Positions 1-10,520 of a stretch of DNA of 29,082 bases are shown piece after piece; positions within the stretch are counted from its first letter, which is position 1, and each line of letters starts with the position of its first letter. Position numbers and translations under genes: made by a program. Under the pieces are notes generated by a model. The model was not told where the DNA came from, did not search any database, and worked only from the letters and a program-made list of their open reading frames with translations. This DNA is from an uncultured bacterium. GTDB taxonomy: Bacteria; Bacteroidota; Rhodothermia; Rhodothermales; CAZKDQ01. Location: the NCBI GenBank assembly GCA_965653075.1, contig CBFGYX010000001.1, positions 1-29,082 on the forward strand. Reading direction: 5' to 3'.

Positions 1-206
1 GTAGAGCCATCGGCCGAGTTGTTATCCACGACGATCACTTCGACGTTCAGCCCGGCCGACGCACGGCGCACGCTCTGCAGCGCCTGATGCAGAAACTCGC
101 GTACGTTGTAGTTGACGATGATAATTGACACGTCAACGACCGCCGCTTCCGTCACCACGGCCGGTGAATCGATATCGAGGGGCGATTCTGTACTGCGTTC
201 TCTCAT
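1..206 (-). CDS. Glycosyltransferase family 2, N-terminal part (runs off window edge; absent from ORF track)
   Basis: Manual translation from ATG at 206: MRERSTESPLDIDSPAVVTEAAVVDVSIIIVNYNVREFLHQALQSVRRASAGLNVEVIVVDNNSADGS; VSIIIVNYN and EVIVVDNNSxDGS are typical GT2 N-terminal motifs. Confidence 0.85.
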   Translation of the reverse strand, partial: MRERSTESPLDIDSPAVVTEAAVVDVSIIIVNYNVREFLHQALQSVRRASAGLNVEVIVVDNNSADGS

Positions 207-719
207 GACTCAAAGATACGGCGGCCCATTTGTAAAGTCGCGTCTCCGTTGCACTTCGGTTCCTTTCGGATTGCGTATCTAACTGCTGAATAACCAGGTG
301 GTAGGACAACCCCCTGGGCGCTGAAATGAAGGCAACGGGCAGGACAGATGAAGACGATGTCTTGGTTTTCGAGATTCCCGCGTTTAAGTTTGCCCACTCC
401 GAAATGCCGGAGACACGCCCGGGGGTTTCTCCTTACGGCAAAGATGTCGGTCAGCATCGGCGGCTGCTCACCTATCGCGTCAGATCCTTGAAGAATCGCA
501 CAAATGCGGCCTTGGGTGGGGGTTTCCCCTACGTTCATCCTTGCGGTGTGGTAGATTCCACGGCCGTGAAATCAGGGAACACCCGACGCGGTCTGCAGCA
601 GGTTCCGGGCAACATCGTGGGGCCCATAGCGCGCCAGACCACATCCCGGATGCCCGGCGATCAATTTGTGCTCAGTAGCTCGAGCTCAGGCGAATCAAAC
701 GTTCCGCGGTGAAGTCCGT

Positions 720-1367
720 ATGGCTCAGGTTTTTTCGAAGAAGGCCAATCTCCTACCACTCCTTTCGCTCGGTGGTGCGCTGCTCGGAGGGCTTTTTCTC
801 ATCTTTCTGATCTGGTACTTCTTCTCACCGGAGTTTACCGATGTGGGATATGCACCGGAGCAGCCGGTCGAGTACAGCCATCGTCTTCACGTGGGTGAAC
901 TCGGGCTCGACTGTCGCTATTGCCACGGCGGCGTGGAGGTTTCGCAGCATGCTGTGGTGCCGCCGACACAGACCTGTATGAACTGCCACGGGCAGATCCA
1001 GACGGAGTCGCTGCAGTTGCTTCCCGTGCGTGAAAGCTGGGCGACGAACCAGCCGATCGAGTGGGTGAAGGTGCACGACATGCCGGACTTCGTGCAGTTC
1101 AGTCACGCCGTGCACGTAACCAGTGGCGTCGGTTGTGAGACTTGTCACGGCCGCGTCGATCTGATGGACGTTGTGTCGCTGCAGGAGTCGCTTTCAATGG
1201 GGTGGTGCCTCGATTGTCACCGAGAGCCTGAGCTCTATCTTCGGCCGCCCGAACATGTCACGACTATGGGCTACGTGCAACCGGCCGACTTCGTGGAGCA
1301 GAACCTCGAGCGGATGCGGACCGACGGCATTCGTCCCCCGACAAACTGCTCAGCCTGTCACTATTAA
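720..1367 (+). CDS. actA: Alternative complex III pentaheme cytochrome c subunit ActA
   Basis: N-terminal TM helix; five CxxCH motifs (CRYCH, CMNCH, CETCH, CLDCH, CSACH); first gene of an act cluster. ATG 720 (MAQVFSKKAN) preferred over the track's 666 start. Confidence 0.93.
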   Translation: MAQVFSKKANLLPLLSLGGALLGGLFLIFLIWYFFSPEFTDVGYAPEQPVEYSHRLHVGELGLDCRYCHGGVEVSQHAVVPPTQTCMNCHGQIQTESLQLLPVRESWATNQPIEWVKVHDMPDFVQFSHAVHVTSGVGCETCHGRVDLMDVVSLQESLSMGWCLDCHREPELYLRPPEHVTTMGYVQPADFVEQNLERMRTDGIRPPTNCSACHY

Positions 1368-1435
1368 GCATGCGACCGAATCAGTCCGAGCGAATGGCCG
1401 AGGGTACGCCGTTGAACTCTGTAAACGACGATAGA

Positions 1436-4400
1436 ATGTTTGAGCTTCCTGTCGTCGAGCCGCAGGAGAAGCAGCTCGATGAGGGTGGGGATCGTTACTG
1501 GCGCAGTCTGGCGCAGCTTCACAACGATCCTGATTTAGCAGCCGATACCAAAGAGGAGTTCTTCCCCGGCGCAAGTGAGGGCCCGGGTAAGACCACTCGT
1601 CGCCAGTTTATGCAGGTAATGGGTGCCTCGATGGCGCTTGCCGGGCTTACCGCCTGCCGCAAGCCGGTTGAGCACATCCTGCCGTACACGCGCCAGCCGG
1701 AGGAAATCATCCCCGGTATTCCGCTTCAGTACGCAACCGGGATTCCTCTTCAGGGCGTGCTTCGGCCTGTATTGGTGCAGAGTCACGAAGGCCGGCCAAC
1801 AAAGGTCGAGGGCAACCCTGATCACCCGATGAGCCGCGGCTCCTCAGGCGTTTTTGAGCAGGCCTCGATTCTCAATCTGTACGATCCTGACCGCTCGAAG
1901 ACGGTCCTGCGCAATGGCGAGGCTTCTTCGTGGGACGATTTTGTAGGGGAGGTCGGGCAGATGCTGCGCGCCGGTAGTGCACGCGTGGCCGTCCTCGCAG
2001 AGCCAACTGCATCCCCAACGATCGAGCGTCTGCGTAGCCTGATGCAGTCGCGCTTCGGTGACTTGCGCTGGATTACGTACCACGACGCGGGTGAGGACAC
2101 CCTCGGCGAAGGTTTGCGGCAGGCATATGGCCGTGCCGTCCGTCCCCTCTACCATTTTGGTGAGGCCGAGGTCATCGTCAGCCTCGATGGCGACTTCCTC
2201 AGTGCAGCGGATCAGAATCACGTATACAACGCGCGTGAGTTTGCCGACCGTCGTAAGCTCGAGTCGGAGAATGACGGACTGAACCGCCTTTACGTCGTCG
2301 AGAGCCAGTACTCGGTGACCGGAGGAGCGGCCGACAACCGGTTGAGACTCCGTGCTTCCGAGATTTCGGCCGTCGCTTCGGCCATTGCCTCTGGGCTCGG
2401 CGTGGGTGGCGGTGCATCGGCTCAGCTCCCGGAATCGGCTCGAGCATTTGTTGGAGCAGTCGTTTCGGACTTGCGAAGTGCCGGTTCGCGTGGCCTTCTA
2501 CTCGCCGGGCCGACGCAGCCCGCGTCCGTCCACGCGCTTTGCGCGGCCGTTAATGCCGCACTCGGCAGCATTGGCACCACAGTGACGATGCTCGATGCCG
2601 GGGAAGGCGCTCCGCCACAGTCGGCGGCGGTCACCGAACTCATCGCCGAGATGCGCGGAGGCAACATCGACGCGCTCATCATGATCGGCACGAACCCCGT
2701 CTACAGCCTGCCGCCTGAGCTGGGCTTTGCGGATGCACTGGCCAATGTGGGCGCCAGCATCCATCTGGGCGTGCACGTCGACGAAACCGCACGCGCAGTC
2801 GGCTGGCACATCCCGCGCTCGCACGCGCTCGAGGCGTGGGGCGATGGACGTGCGTACGATGGAACGCTTTCCGTCATCCAGCCGCTCATTGCGCCGCTGT
2901 ACGAGCAGACGCGTTCGGATGTCGAGCTACTCGGATTGCTGGCGGGGCAGGCGGGTACATCCGGATACGACCTCGTCCGGCAGACCTGGCAGGATACCAT
3001 CAGCGGCTCGTTTGATGAGGGATGGCGCCGCGTCGTTCATGACGGCTTCCTTGCCGACACGGGTTACGCTGCGATCGCAGGTGCACCGACGGCGGGCGTG
3101 AGCCAGAACGGAGTTCAGCAGGCGGCAGCAGGAGGCATCGAGCTCGTCATCCGTACGGACTCTACCGTTCTCGATGGTTCGTTTGCCAACAACGCTTGGT
3201 GCCAGGAACTGCCCGATCCCGTCACGAAGCTCGTGTGGGACAACGCTGCGCTGATGAGCCGGCGCACGGCGGATGAGCTCGGTGTGGGTGCCCGCTACAA
3301 ACGCGGTGTCTACGAAGTGGATGTCGTACGGATTTCTGCCGGCGGCCAGGAAGTCGAACTTCCGGTCTGGATCGTACCGGGGCATCCTGACGGTACGGTT
3401 ACAGTGACTACGGGCTACGGAAGAAATATTGCGCACGACCGCGAGTTGCTTCCGCCACATATTTTCGACGCCGACCACCGCACGGATATTTACAATCGTG
3501 GAGCGCTGGCGAACGGAATCGGTCAGAACGTGGCTGTGCTTCGCTCGGCCGACGGATCGGCGTTCCGGCTCGATGTGTCGGTAGAAAGAACAGGGGCGAC
3601 GTACACGCTCGTCACCACGCAGGAGCATCATTCGATGGAGGGACGCCCGATCGTGCGGCGTACGACCATGGAGGAATACCGGAACGATCCGCTGTTCGCG
3701 GGGCGGGCCGAACCTCCGGTGCCGGGCGGCGAGGACTGGACGGAGTATCCTACGCTTTGGCAAAACCGGCATCCGCAGGAGCAGGCGCCGCAGCGTGCCG
3801 ATCGGTACTACCAGAACCAGTGGGGGATGGTCATCGACCTGAACGCCTGCACGGGATGCAATGCCTGTGTCGTTGCGTGTCAGAGCGAGAACAACATCCC
3901 GGTGGTCGGCAAAGGCGAGGTGGCAATCGGTCGTGAGATGCACTGGTTGCGCGTCGACAGGTACTTTGTCGGCGATGGTGCCGACGATGCCGAGATGGTG
4001 TTTCAGCCGATGCTGTGCCAGCACTGCGATAACGCACCATGTGAGTCGGTCTGCCCGGTCGCGGCTACCTACCAGTCGCCCGACGGCACGAACCAGATGA
4101 TTTACAACCGCTGCATCGGTACGCGGTACTGCTCGAACAACTGTCCGTACAAGGTCCGGCGATTCAACTTCTACAACTGGACGAAGACGATGCCGGCGAG
4201 CGTCCAGATGACGCAGAACCCGAACGTGACGGTTCGCTCGCGTGGTGTGATGGAAAAGTGCACGTTCTGCGTGCAGCGTTTCCGTTCGACCCAGCGCCAG
4301 GCCAAGCTTGAGGATCGGCCGATTGCAGATGGCGAAGTGATGACGGCCTGCCAGCAGGCTTGCCCGAGCCGCGCCATCTCGTTTGGCGACCTTAACGATT

Positions 4401-4543
4401 CGCAGGCCGAGGTCACCAATCTTAAGCGCAACAACCGCCGGTACGAGTTGCTGGCATACTTAAACACGAAGCCGCGCCTGTCGTACCTGGGCCGCGTCAA
4501 CAATCCCAACCCCAGTCTCCAGGAGGCACGGCCTGAGGCCTGA
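1436..4543 (+). CDS. actB: ACIII subunit ActB (molybdopterin-oxidoreductase-like domain fused to Fe-S domain)
   Basis: Tat/lipoprotein signal [21 protein letters not shown]; C-terminal Cys clusters [39 protein letters not shown]...CQQAC. Start MFELPVV (1436) chosen by resemblance to Rhodothermus ActB; 1370 is an alternative. Confidence 0.93.
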   Translation: MFELPVVEPQEKQLDEGGDRYWRSLAQLHNDPDLAADTKEEFFPGASEGPGKTTRRQFMQVMGASMALAGLTACRKPVEHILPYTRQPEEIIPGIPLQYATGIPLQGVLRPVLVQSHEGRPTKVEGNPDHPMSRGSSGVFEQASILNLYDPDRSKTVLRNGEASSWDDFVGEVGQMLRAGSARVAVLAEPTASPTIERLRSLMQSRFGDLRWITYHDAGEDTLGEGLRQAYGRAVRPLYHFGEAEVIVSLDGDFLSAADQNHVYNAREFADRRKLESENDGLNRLYVVESQYSVTGGAADNRLRLRASEISAVASAIASGLGVGGGASAQLPESARAFVGAVVSDLRSAGSRGLLLAGPTQPASVHALCAAVNAALGSIGTTVTMLDAGEGAPPQSAAVTELIAEMRGGNIDALIMIGTNPVYSLPPELGFADALANVGASIHLGVHVDETARAVGWHIPRSHALEAWGDGRAYDGTLSVIQPLIAPLYEQTRSDVELLGLLAGQAGTSGYDLVRQTWQDTISGSFDEGWRRVVHDGFLADTGYAAIAGAPTAGVSQNGVQQAAAGGIELVIRTDSTVLDGSFANNAWCQELPDPVTKLVWDNAALMSRRTADELGVGARYKRGVYEVDVVRISAGGQEVELPVWIVPGHPDGTVTVTTGYGRNIAHDRELLPPHIFDADHRTDIYNRGALANGIGQNVAVLRSADGSAFRLDVSVERTGATYTLVTTQEHHSMEGRPIVRRTTMEEYRNDPLFAGRAEPPVPGGEDWTEYPTLWQNRHPQEQAPQRADRYYQNQWGMVIDLNACTGCNACVVACQSENNIPVVGKGEVAIGREMHWLRVDRYFVGDGADDAEMVFQPMLCQHCDNAPCESVCPVAATYQSPDGTNQMIYNRCIGTRYCSNNCPYKVRRFNFYNWTKTMPASVQMTQNPNVTVRSRGVMEKCTFCVQRFRSTQRQAKLEDRPIADGEVMTACQQACPSRAISFGDLNDSQAEVTNLKRNNRRYELLAYLNTKPRLSYLGRVNNPNPSLQEARPEA

Positions 4544-4602
4544 CGCGCTACACATCGGTGCAGTGCGGATCATCGCTCAAGTACGTTCAACCATACGCAT
4601 TC

Positions 4603-6087
4603 GTGAGTAAATCGGCTTCACATCATCATCCCGAGGCGACGGCAGACTTCCATGCCGACGCGCCGCTGGTGACGGGCAACCTCTCGTTTAGAGACGTCAC
4701 CGAGATGGTGGCGCTCCATTCGGAGAAGAAGACGCCACCCGCATGGTTCCTCGCGTTCGGCATCTCGAGCTCGCTGGTCATCCTGCTGCTCGTCATGCTG
4801 GCGTACCAGGTGTGGAACGGTGTCGGCGTCTGGGGTAACAACCAGCCGGTGGCCTGGGGATGGCCTATCGTCAACTTCGTGTTCTGGGTGGGCATCGGTC
4901 ACGCCGGCACGCTCATCTCGGCCATCCTTTTCCTGTTCCGTCAGCGGTGGCGTACCTCGATTAACCGTGCCGCCGAGGCGATGACGATTTTCGCCGTCAT
5001 CTGTGCGATGATCTTCCCGCTGTTCCATACCGGCCGTGTGTGGGTGGCCTGGTACTGGATGCTGCCCATCCCAAACCAGATGGATCTGTGGCCGCAGTTT
5101 AAGAGTCCGCTCTTGTGGGACGTCTTCGCTGTGTCGAGCTATTTCGCCGTCTCGGCTATGTTCTGGTACGTCGGCCTTATCCCTGACCTTGCCACGCTGC
5201 GCGACCGTGCGAAGGGCATCTGGCGTCGCCGCGTGCTGGCGTTTTTCTCGATGGGGTGGACGGGGGCCAACAGGCACTGGCGCAACTATGAGAAATCGTA
5301 CCTGCTTCTTGCCGGGCTCGCCACGCCGCTCGTTCTCTCTGTGCACTCGGTGGTCTCGTTTGACTTCGCCATATCAGTAATACCGGGCTGGCACACCACG
5401 ATCTTCCCACCATACTTCGTTGCGGGCGCCATCTTCTCCGGTTTCGCGATGGTCGTCACGCTGATGGTGATTGCCAGACGGGTGTACAACCTCGAGAACC
5501 TGATTACGATCGGCCATCTCGAGAAGATGAACATCGTCATCCTCCTGACGGGTACGATGGTTGGCTTTGCGTACATCACGGAGTTTTTTATCGCCTGGTA
5601 CTCGGGCGTCCAGTATGAGCAGTACGCGTTCATCAACCGTGCAACCGGCCCCTACGCCTGGGCTTACTGGACGATGATGACGTGCAACCTCATCTTCCCG
5701 CAGTTCTTCTGGTTCAAGAAGCTGCGCCGGAGCATTCCGTTCATGTTTGCGATCTCAATTATCGTGAACATCGGCATGTGGTTCGAACGTTTTGTGATCG
5801 TGATTACGTCGCTGCACCGCGACTTCCTGCCCAGCTCGTGGGGTTATTATTCGCCATCGATCGTCGACGCACTGACATTCCTGGGCACGTTCGGTCTCTT
5901 CTTTACACTATTCCTTCTGTTCCTCCGCTTCCTGCCGATGGTCGCGATCTCCGAGGTCAAAGGTGTCATGCCGCAGGCCGACCCGCACTTTTATGACGAC
6001 CACGGAGACGGTGCACCTGCAGGACGCGAGGTTGGATATGCGCGCCCGGATGCAAGTGATGTGGATGCAGCCGATAACGAAAACTGA
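4603..6087 (+). CDS. actC: ACIII subunit ActC (NrfD/PsrC family quinol-binding membrane subunit)
   Basis: [60 protein letters not shown] motifs; polytopic. GTG start at 4603 is a best guess. Confidence 0.93.
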   Translation: MSKSASHHHPEATADFHADAPLVTGNLSFRDVTEMVALHSEKKTPPAWFLAFGISSSLVILLLVMLAYQVWNGVGVWGNNQPVAWGWPIVNFVFWVGIGHAGTLISAILFLFRQRWRTSINRAAEAMTIFAVICAMIFPLFHTGRVWVAWYWMLPIPNQMDLWPQFKSPLLWDVFAVSSYFAVSAMFWYVGLIPDLATLRDRAKGIWRRRVLAFFSMGWTGANRHWRNYEKSYLLLAGLATPLVLSVHSVVSFDFAISVIPGWHTTIFPPYFVAGAIFSGFAMVVTLMVIARRVYNLENLITIGHLEKMNIVILLTGTMVGFAYITEFFIAWYSGVQYEQYAFINRATGPYAWAYWTMMTCNLIFPQFFWFKKLRRSIPFMFAISIIVNIGMWFERFVIVITSLHRDFLPSSWGYYSPSIVDALTFLGTFGLFFTLFLLFLRFLPMVAISEVKGVMPQADPHFYDDHGDGAPAGREVGYARPDASDVDAADNEN

Positions 6088-6112
6088 TTAGCACGCCCTG
6101 AATCAAGGTGTT

Positions 6113-6724
6113 ATGAGCAGGTTCTTAAGCGACATCAAGGCCTCGATGGGCATCTACGAGAGTGGGCGCGGCGAAACGCACGGCCTTCTCGCCGAGTTTG
6201 CCAATCCGGCTGAGCTGCTGAACGCGGCGAAGGCGGTGCATGGGGCGGGATACAAACATTTCGACACCCACAGCCCTTTTCCGATTCATGGAATGGATCG
6301 AGCGATGGGACTCGGGAGCTCTCGGGTGGGGTACTTCGCTCTCGGAGGAGGTATCACCGGGATGTTTATCGGATTCTGGATGCAATGGTGGATGAATGCC
6401 GTTGACTACCCGCTCAACATCAGCGGTAAGCCGTTCTTCGCGTTTGAGCAGTCCATTCCTGTGGCTTTTGAGGTGACCGTTCTGTTGGCATCGATCGGCG
6501 CCGTAGCGGGGATGTTCGGCATGAATGGTCTGCCGCGGCCGTACAACCCGCTCTTTTATTCGGAGAACTTCCGACGGGCAACCGACGACGGTTTTTTCCT
6601 GCACATTGCAGCTTCGGATGCCATGTTCGACATCAACAAGACAGAAGAATTGCTCACGCAGGTCGGAGCCTTGAACACCGAGGTGATTTACGATCATGAG
6701 ACCGCGGAGGCCGAAGTTGCGTGA
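6113..6724 (+). CDS. actD: ACIII subunit ActD (DUF3341)
   Basis: HSPFPIHGMDRAMGL, MNAVDYPLNISGKP, FEVTVL, NGLP motifs; two TM helices; position after actC. Confidence 0.92.
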   Translation: MSRFLSDIKASMGIYESGRGETHGLLAEFANPAELLNAAKAVHGAGYKHFDTHSPFPIHGMDRAMGLGSSRVGYFALGGGITGMFIGFWMQWWMNAVDYPLNISGKPFFAFEQSIPVAFEVTVLLASIGAVAGMFGMNGLPRPYNPLFYSENFRRATDDGFFLHIAASDAMFDINKTEELLTQVGALNTEVIYDHETAEAEVA

Positions 6725-6731
6725 TCGCACG

Positions 6732-7484
6732 ATGACGATGAAGACATCCACACCGTTCGGGCTGATCCTGTTCTTGCTGGTCGTGGGATCAGCGTTGATG
6801 GGCTGTAGAGGAGCGGAGAGCCAGTCTCCGCCGGTCCACCTGAACCCGAACATGGACAATCAGCAACGATACGGGGCGCAGGAGGCAAACCCGCTCTTTG
6901 AAGACGGACGTGCGATGCGTACACCCGTCGTTGGAACGGTTGCGCGGGGTCTGCTCTACGACGACACCGAGTTCTACCACGGCCGGACGCAGGGCGGAGA
7001 CTACGTGACCTCGACGCCTATCGAGATCTCCGAGGAAGTGCTGCGGCGCGGCCAGGAGCGGTATAATATATATTGCTCCGTATGCCACAGTCCCTCGGGA
7101 GACGGCCTCGGCATCATCATTACGGGACAGTACGGATATACGCCGCCGCCGAGCATTCACGATCCGCGCATCGTAGACGAATCGGATGGCTACCTCTACG
7201 ACGTCATTACCAATGGCGTGCGGACGATGCCTGCGTACGGACATCAGGTTGCCGTCGCTGACAGGTGGGCGATCGTGTCGTACATCCGCGCACTTCAGCG
7301 CTCTCAGAACGCATCGCTTGACGATATTCCGCCCAATGAACGTTCAGGGCTTCGTCTTGCGCAGGATTCACCGACGCGGGACAGTGTCACGGACGATGAC
7401 GGCGCTGCGGATGCCGACACGGCGGGCGACGCCGCATCAGACGACGACGCTGCGGGAGCCGACACATCAGAAGCCGCGCAGTAA
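6732..7484 (+). CDS. actE: ACIII subunit ActE, monoheme cytochrome c lipoprotein
   Basis: Lipobox ALMG-C after hydrophobic stretch; PPVHLNPNMDNQ; single CSVCH; MPAY axial Met region; DRWAIVSYIRALQ; acidic tail. Confidence 0.92.
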   Translation: MTMKTSTPFGLILFLLVVGSALMGCRGAESQSPPVHLNPNMDNQQRYGAQEANPLFEDGRAMRTPVVGTVARGLLYDDTEFYHGRTQGGDYVTSTPIEISEEVLRRGQERYNIYCSVCHSPSGDGLGIIITGQYGYTPPPSIHDPRIVDESDGYLYDVITNGVRTMPAYGHQVAVADRWAIVSYIRALQRSQNASLDDIPPNERSGLRLAQDSPTRDSVTDDDGAADADTAGDAASDDDAAGADTSEAAQ

Positions 7485-7515
7485 CACAATTAGGCTGACT
7501 TAAACGTTAAGCTGG

Positions 7516-8778
7516 ATGTCACGAGACTTACAAAGATCGGGAGCTGCAGGCTGGTTGCTTGACCCTTACGGGCCTACCGCAGATCGGGCCGAAGCTGATT
7601 ATCGGTTCAGCGGGGGACCGCGTAGCTGGACGGTGCCGGCGATTGCTGGTGGCGTCCTGCTGCTGCTGGCCGTGGTGGGCTGGTTGGTCAATCCGCCGCA
7701 GTTCTATTTTTCGTACCTCGTCGGCTGGTTGTTCTGCGTGACCGTGTCGCTCGGGGCGATGTTTTTCGTCGTCATCCAGCACTTGACGCGTTCACGGTGG
7801 AGCGTGGTCGTTCGGCGTATTGCAGAAACGCTGGGCGCGGTGATGCCGCTGCTGGCGGTGCTATCGATTCCCATCTTTATCGGCATGCACGATCTGTATC
7901 ACTGGACGCACGCCGAACTGACCGATCCTGCAAGTCCTGACTACGACCCGATCATCGGTGGCAAGACGGCATACCTGAATACGCCGTTCTTCATCATCAG
8001 AGCCGTCATTTATTTCGTCGCTTGGAGCTACATCGGGACCAAACTGTACAGCCTGTCGCTTCGGCAGGACGTCACATCCGACCATACCATACCAGCGCAG
8101 CAGCGCAAGCTAAGCGCCTGGGGACTGGCGGTGCTGGCGGTGACGACGGCATTTGCGAGCTTCGACTTTATGATGTCGACCGATCCGCACTGGTTCTCCA
8201 CGATCTTCGGCGTCTACATGTTCAGTGGAGCGTTCTGGGTACAGTTTGCCGCTATTGTGGCCATCACCCTGCTCATGCAGCGCATGGGCGTAGGCTACGA
8301 GCGCACGGTAACCATCGAGCATTACCATGACCTCGGCAAGTTTATGTTCGGGTTTACGGTGTTCTGGGCATACATCGCATACAGCCAGTACATGCTCATC
8401 TGGTACGGCAACATTCCGGAAGAGACCATGTGGTACCGGCACCGCCTCCAGGATGGATGGCAGTACCACAGTCTGATTCTGTTGGTATTCCACTTCATCA
8501 TTCCCTTCATCATCCTGCTGCCGAGGTTCACGAAACGTAACCGGACAGTGCTGGGTGTGATGGCAGTGTGGTTCTTTGTGATGCAATGGTTCGACCTGCA
8601 TTGGATTGTCATGCCGGTGCTGAACCACAGCGGAGGATTCCACTGGATCGACTTCGCCACCTGGCTCGGACTCTTTGGGATTATGGCCGCCGTCGTGATG
8701 TACCGTCTCGGGCGGCATAGTCTCATTCCTCACAACGATCCGTACCTCGTCGAATCTCTTCACTTCGAAAATTACTAA
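7516..8778 (+). CDS. actF: ACIII subunit ActF (ActC-paralogous membrane subunit)
   Basis: WSVVVRRIAE, LYHW, YLNTPFFIIR, DFMMSTDPHWFSTIFG, HYHDLGKFMFGFTVFWAYIAYSQYMLIWYGNIPEE motifs. Confidence 0.92.
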   Translation: MSRDLQRSGAAGWLLDPYGPTADRAEADYRFSGGPRSWTVPAIAGGVLLLLAVVGWLVNPPQFYFSYLVGWLFCVTVSLGAMFFVVIQHLTRSRWSVVVRRIAETLGAVMPLLAVLSIPIFIGMHDLYHWTHAELTDPASPDYDPIIGGKTAYLNTPFFIIRAVIYFVAWSYIGTKLYSLSLRQDVTSDHTIPAQQRKLSAWGLAVLAVTTAFASFDFMMSTDPHWFSTIFGVYMFSGAFWVQFAAIVAITLLMQRMGVGYERTVTIEHYHDLGKFMFGFTVFWAYIAYSQYMLIWYGNIPEETMWYRHRLQDGWQYHSLILLVFHFIIPFIILLPRFTKRNRTVLGVMAVWFFVMQWFDLHWIVMPVLNHSGGFHWIDFATWLGLFGIMAAVVMYRLGRHSLIPHNDPYLVESLHFENY

Positions 8779-8811
8779 GCCGGGTTTGGCGGTTCGTATC
8801 CGCCGACGGCT
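8778..8811 (+). other. Stem-loop immediately after actF stop, no U-tract
   Basis: AGCCG(8778-82)/CGGCT(8807-11) outer stem and TTGGCGG(8786-92)/CCGCCGA(8800-06) inner stem with one G-U pair. Confidence 0.4.
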
Positions 8812-8832
8812 GCCAGGTCACCATCCAATAGC

Positions 8833-9603
8833 ATGGCCGAGAAGACACCACATTCAGAGGAACGGCACACGCCGGCTGCTCCGACGCTTCTTTTCCCACG
8901 GGAGGAGGCTGTCGTCAACTGCCAAGGTCTCCGTTTTGTGTGGGAGGCCTCTGAGGGAGCAACTGCGTATCGCATCGAGATTGCGGCCGATACCGGCTTT
9001 CAGCAAATCGTATTTGCTGAGGAAGTCGGTAGTGACGTGACGAGCATTAGCACCGAAGGCATACTTCCCGCCGACGAGAGCACGTATTTCTGGCGGGTTA
9101 TCGCAAGCGACGGCACCAAGTGGAGCCACGGCGAGAACATCGAGAGCTTTATCTGTGGCACCGAGGAAGAGGTGCGGGCGGGCATAACGTCGCCCGACCT
9201 TGATGAAGAGTTTGGCCCCGTGGCAAAGCTGTTCAAAGGCGCCGGCGTTGAGATGGCGGCAGACCTTTCGGATAGCGAGCGCGTACAGCGGCTTGAAGAA
9301 GAGATGGGCGTTGCGCACGAAGGCGTCGAAGCGAAGCAAATCATGGGCTTCGTACTCGCCGTCATTGTAGCGCTCGTCGTGTTGGTCATCGTGGTGGTGA
9401 ACCTGACATCGTCGATGACGCAGACGGTACGGGCCACGTGGTCGAGCCAGGCGACCTATCTTAATCTGGAGGAGACCGAGGCACGGGCGCTCGAACAGAT
9501 AAACACCTACGGCATCATAGACGAAGAGGAAGGTCGCTATCGGATTCCGATCGACCGGGCCATCGAGTTGATGGTCGAAGAACAGAGTGCTGACGCACCC
9601 TAA
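8833..9603 (+). CDS. actG: ActG-like single-pass membrane protein with an extra N-terminal Fn3/Ig-like domain
   Basis: One TM (IMGFVLAVIVALVVLVIVVV) followed by YGIIDEEEGRYRIPIDRAIELM, resembling the Rhodothermus ActG C-terminal YRIPIDRAM motif; located right after actF. Residues ~13-110 carry an Fn3-like pattern. Confidence 0.7.
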   Translation: MAEKTPHSEERHTPAAPTLLFPREEAVVNCQGLRFVWEASEGATAYRIEIAADTGFQQIVFAEEVGSDVTSISTEGILPADESTYFWRVIASDGTKWSHGENIESFICGTEEEVRAGITSPDLDEEFGPVAKLFKGAGVEMAADLSDSERVQRLEEEMGVAHEGVEAKQIMGFVLAVIVALVVLVIVVVNLTSSMTQTVRATWSSQATYLNLEETEARALEQINTYGIIDEEEGRYRIPIDRAIELMVEEQSADAP

Positions 9604-9620
9604 AGGAACTGAGGTAATAA

Positions 9621-9653
9621 CCCGGCTTTAGACGCGATAGTCGCCAAGCCGGG
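9621..9653 (+). other. Inverted repeat between actG and sco
   Basis: Perfect 8-bp CCCGGCTT(9621-28)/AAGCCGGG(9646-53) plus inner GCGA-TAG-TCGC. Confidence 0.45.
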
Positions 9654-9659
9654 AACACG

Positions 9660-10502
9660 ATGTGGCGCTACAATCACATATGGCTTTTGGCTTTCTTGCT
9701 CGGTGTAGTGTATCCGGGCGAAGCGTACTCCCAACGAACAGGGCATACTCCTGCCGAGCTGCAGGATATTGGTGTCGACGAACAGCTTGGCGAGCATATC
9801 CCGCTTGATCTGACGTTTCTCGATGAGGAAGGGCGGGAGGTCCAGCTGGGCGATTACTTCGACGGCACGCGTCCGGTGGTGCTTACGCTGACCTATCACG
9901 ATTGCCCGATGCTGTGCAACCTCATCCTGGACGGTTTTGCGCAAACGCTTGACGGATTTGCGTGGCTGCCCGGCGATGAGTTCGAAATCGTGTCCGTCAG
10001 TTTTGGTGAGGCCGAGACGCCGGAAATGGCGCTCAACCAAAAGGAGCGGTACATGAGGATGCTCGAGCGGCCAGGCATGGAAGATGGATGGCATTTTCTG
10101 GTGGGCGACAGCGAATCGATCGACGCGCTCACGGAAGCCGTTGGCTTTCAGTATAAGTGGGACGAACGGCAGCAAGAGTATGCGCATCCCGCCGTCCTCA
10201 TCTTCCTTGGAGGAGATGGGATGGTGTCCCGCTATATCTACGGCATCCAGTTTCCGCAACGGCAGTTCCGGAATGCGCTTGTCGAGGCTTCTGAAGGCAA
10301 GATCGGCACGACGCTCGACCAGGTCCTTCTTTTCTGTTTTCAGTTCGATCCCAATGCCAACTCATACGTGCTCCACGCGGCTAACTTCATGAAGCTCGGT
10401 GGTGTGCTGACAGTTTTTATTCTGGGGGCGTTCCTGATCATATTATGGCGCCGTGACCGGCGCACGATTGAAGCGGGTACAGACGTGCCCGCCCTGACGT
10501 AA
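9660..10502 (+). CDS. SCO1/SenC family copper chaperone
   Basis: Signal-peptide-like N-terminus, CxxxC (DCPMLC), YAHPA His, C-terminal TM anchor; upstream of oxidase subunit II. Confidence 0.9.
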   Translation: MWRYNHIWLLAFLLGVVYPGEAYSQRTGHTPAELQDIGVDEQLGEHIPLDLTFLDEEGREVQLGDYFDGTRPVVLTLTYHDCPMLCNLILDGFAQTLDGFAWLPGDEFEIVSVSFGEAETPEMALNQKERYMRMLERPGMEDGWHFLVGDSESIDALTEAVGFQYKWDERQQEYAHPAVLIFLGGDGMVSRYIYGIQFPQRQFRNALVEASEGKIGTTLDQVLLFCFQFDPNANSYVLHAANFMKLGGVLTVFILGAFLIILWRRDRRTIEAGTDVPALT

Positions 10503-10520
10503 CGGAGGAAATCTCAAACG

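Noticed and set aside
362-392. Bacteroidetes-type promoter TTG-N20-TAAGTTTG
   Set aside because: Single match over 300 nt upstream of actA; other promoters and SD use here look canonical sigma70-like, so probably chance.
677-686. Perfect palindrome AGCTCGAGCT upstream of actA as an operator
   Set aside because: Only 10 bp, not repeated in the window, matches no regulator motif I know.
203-712. ORFs 203..538(-) and 326..712(+) in the GT2-actA spacer
   Set aside because: No SD, no motifs, mutually overlapping, atypical composition.
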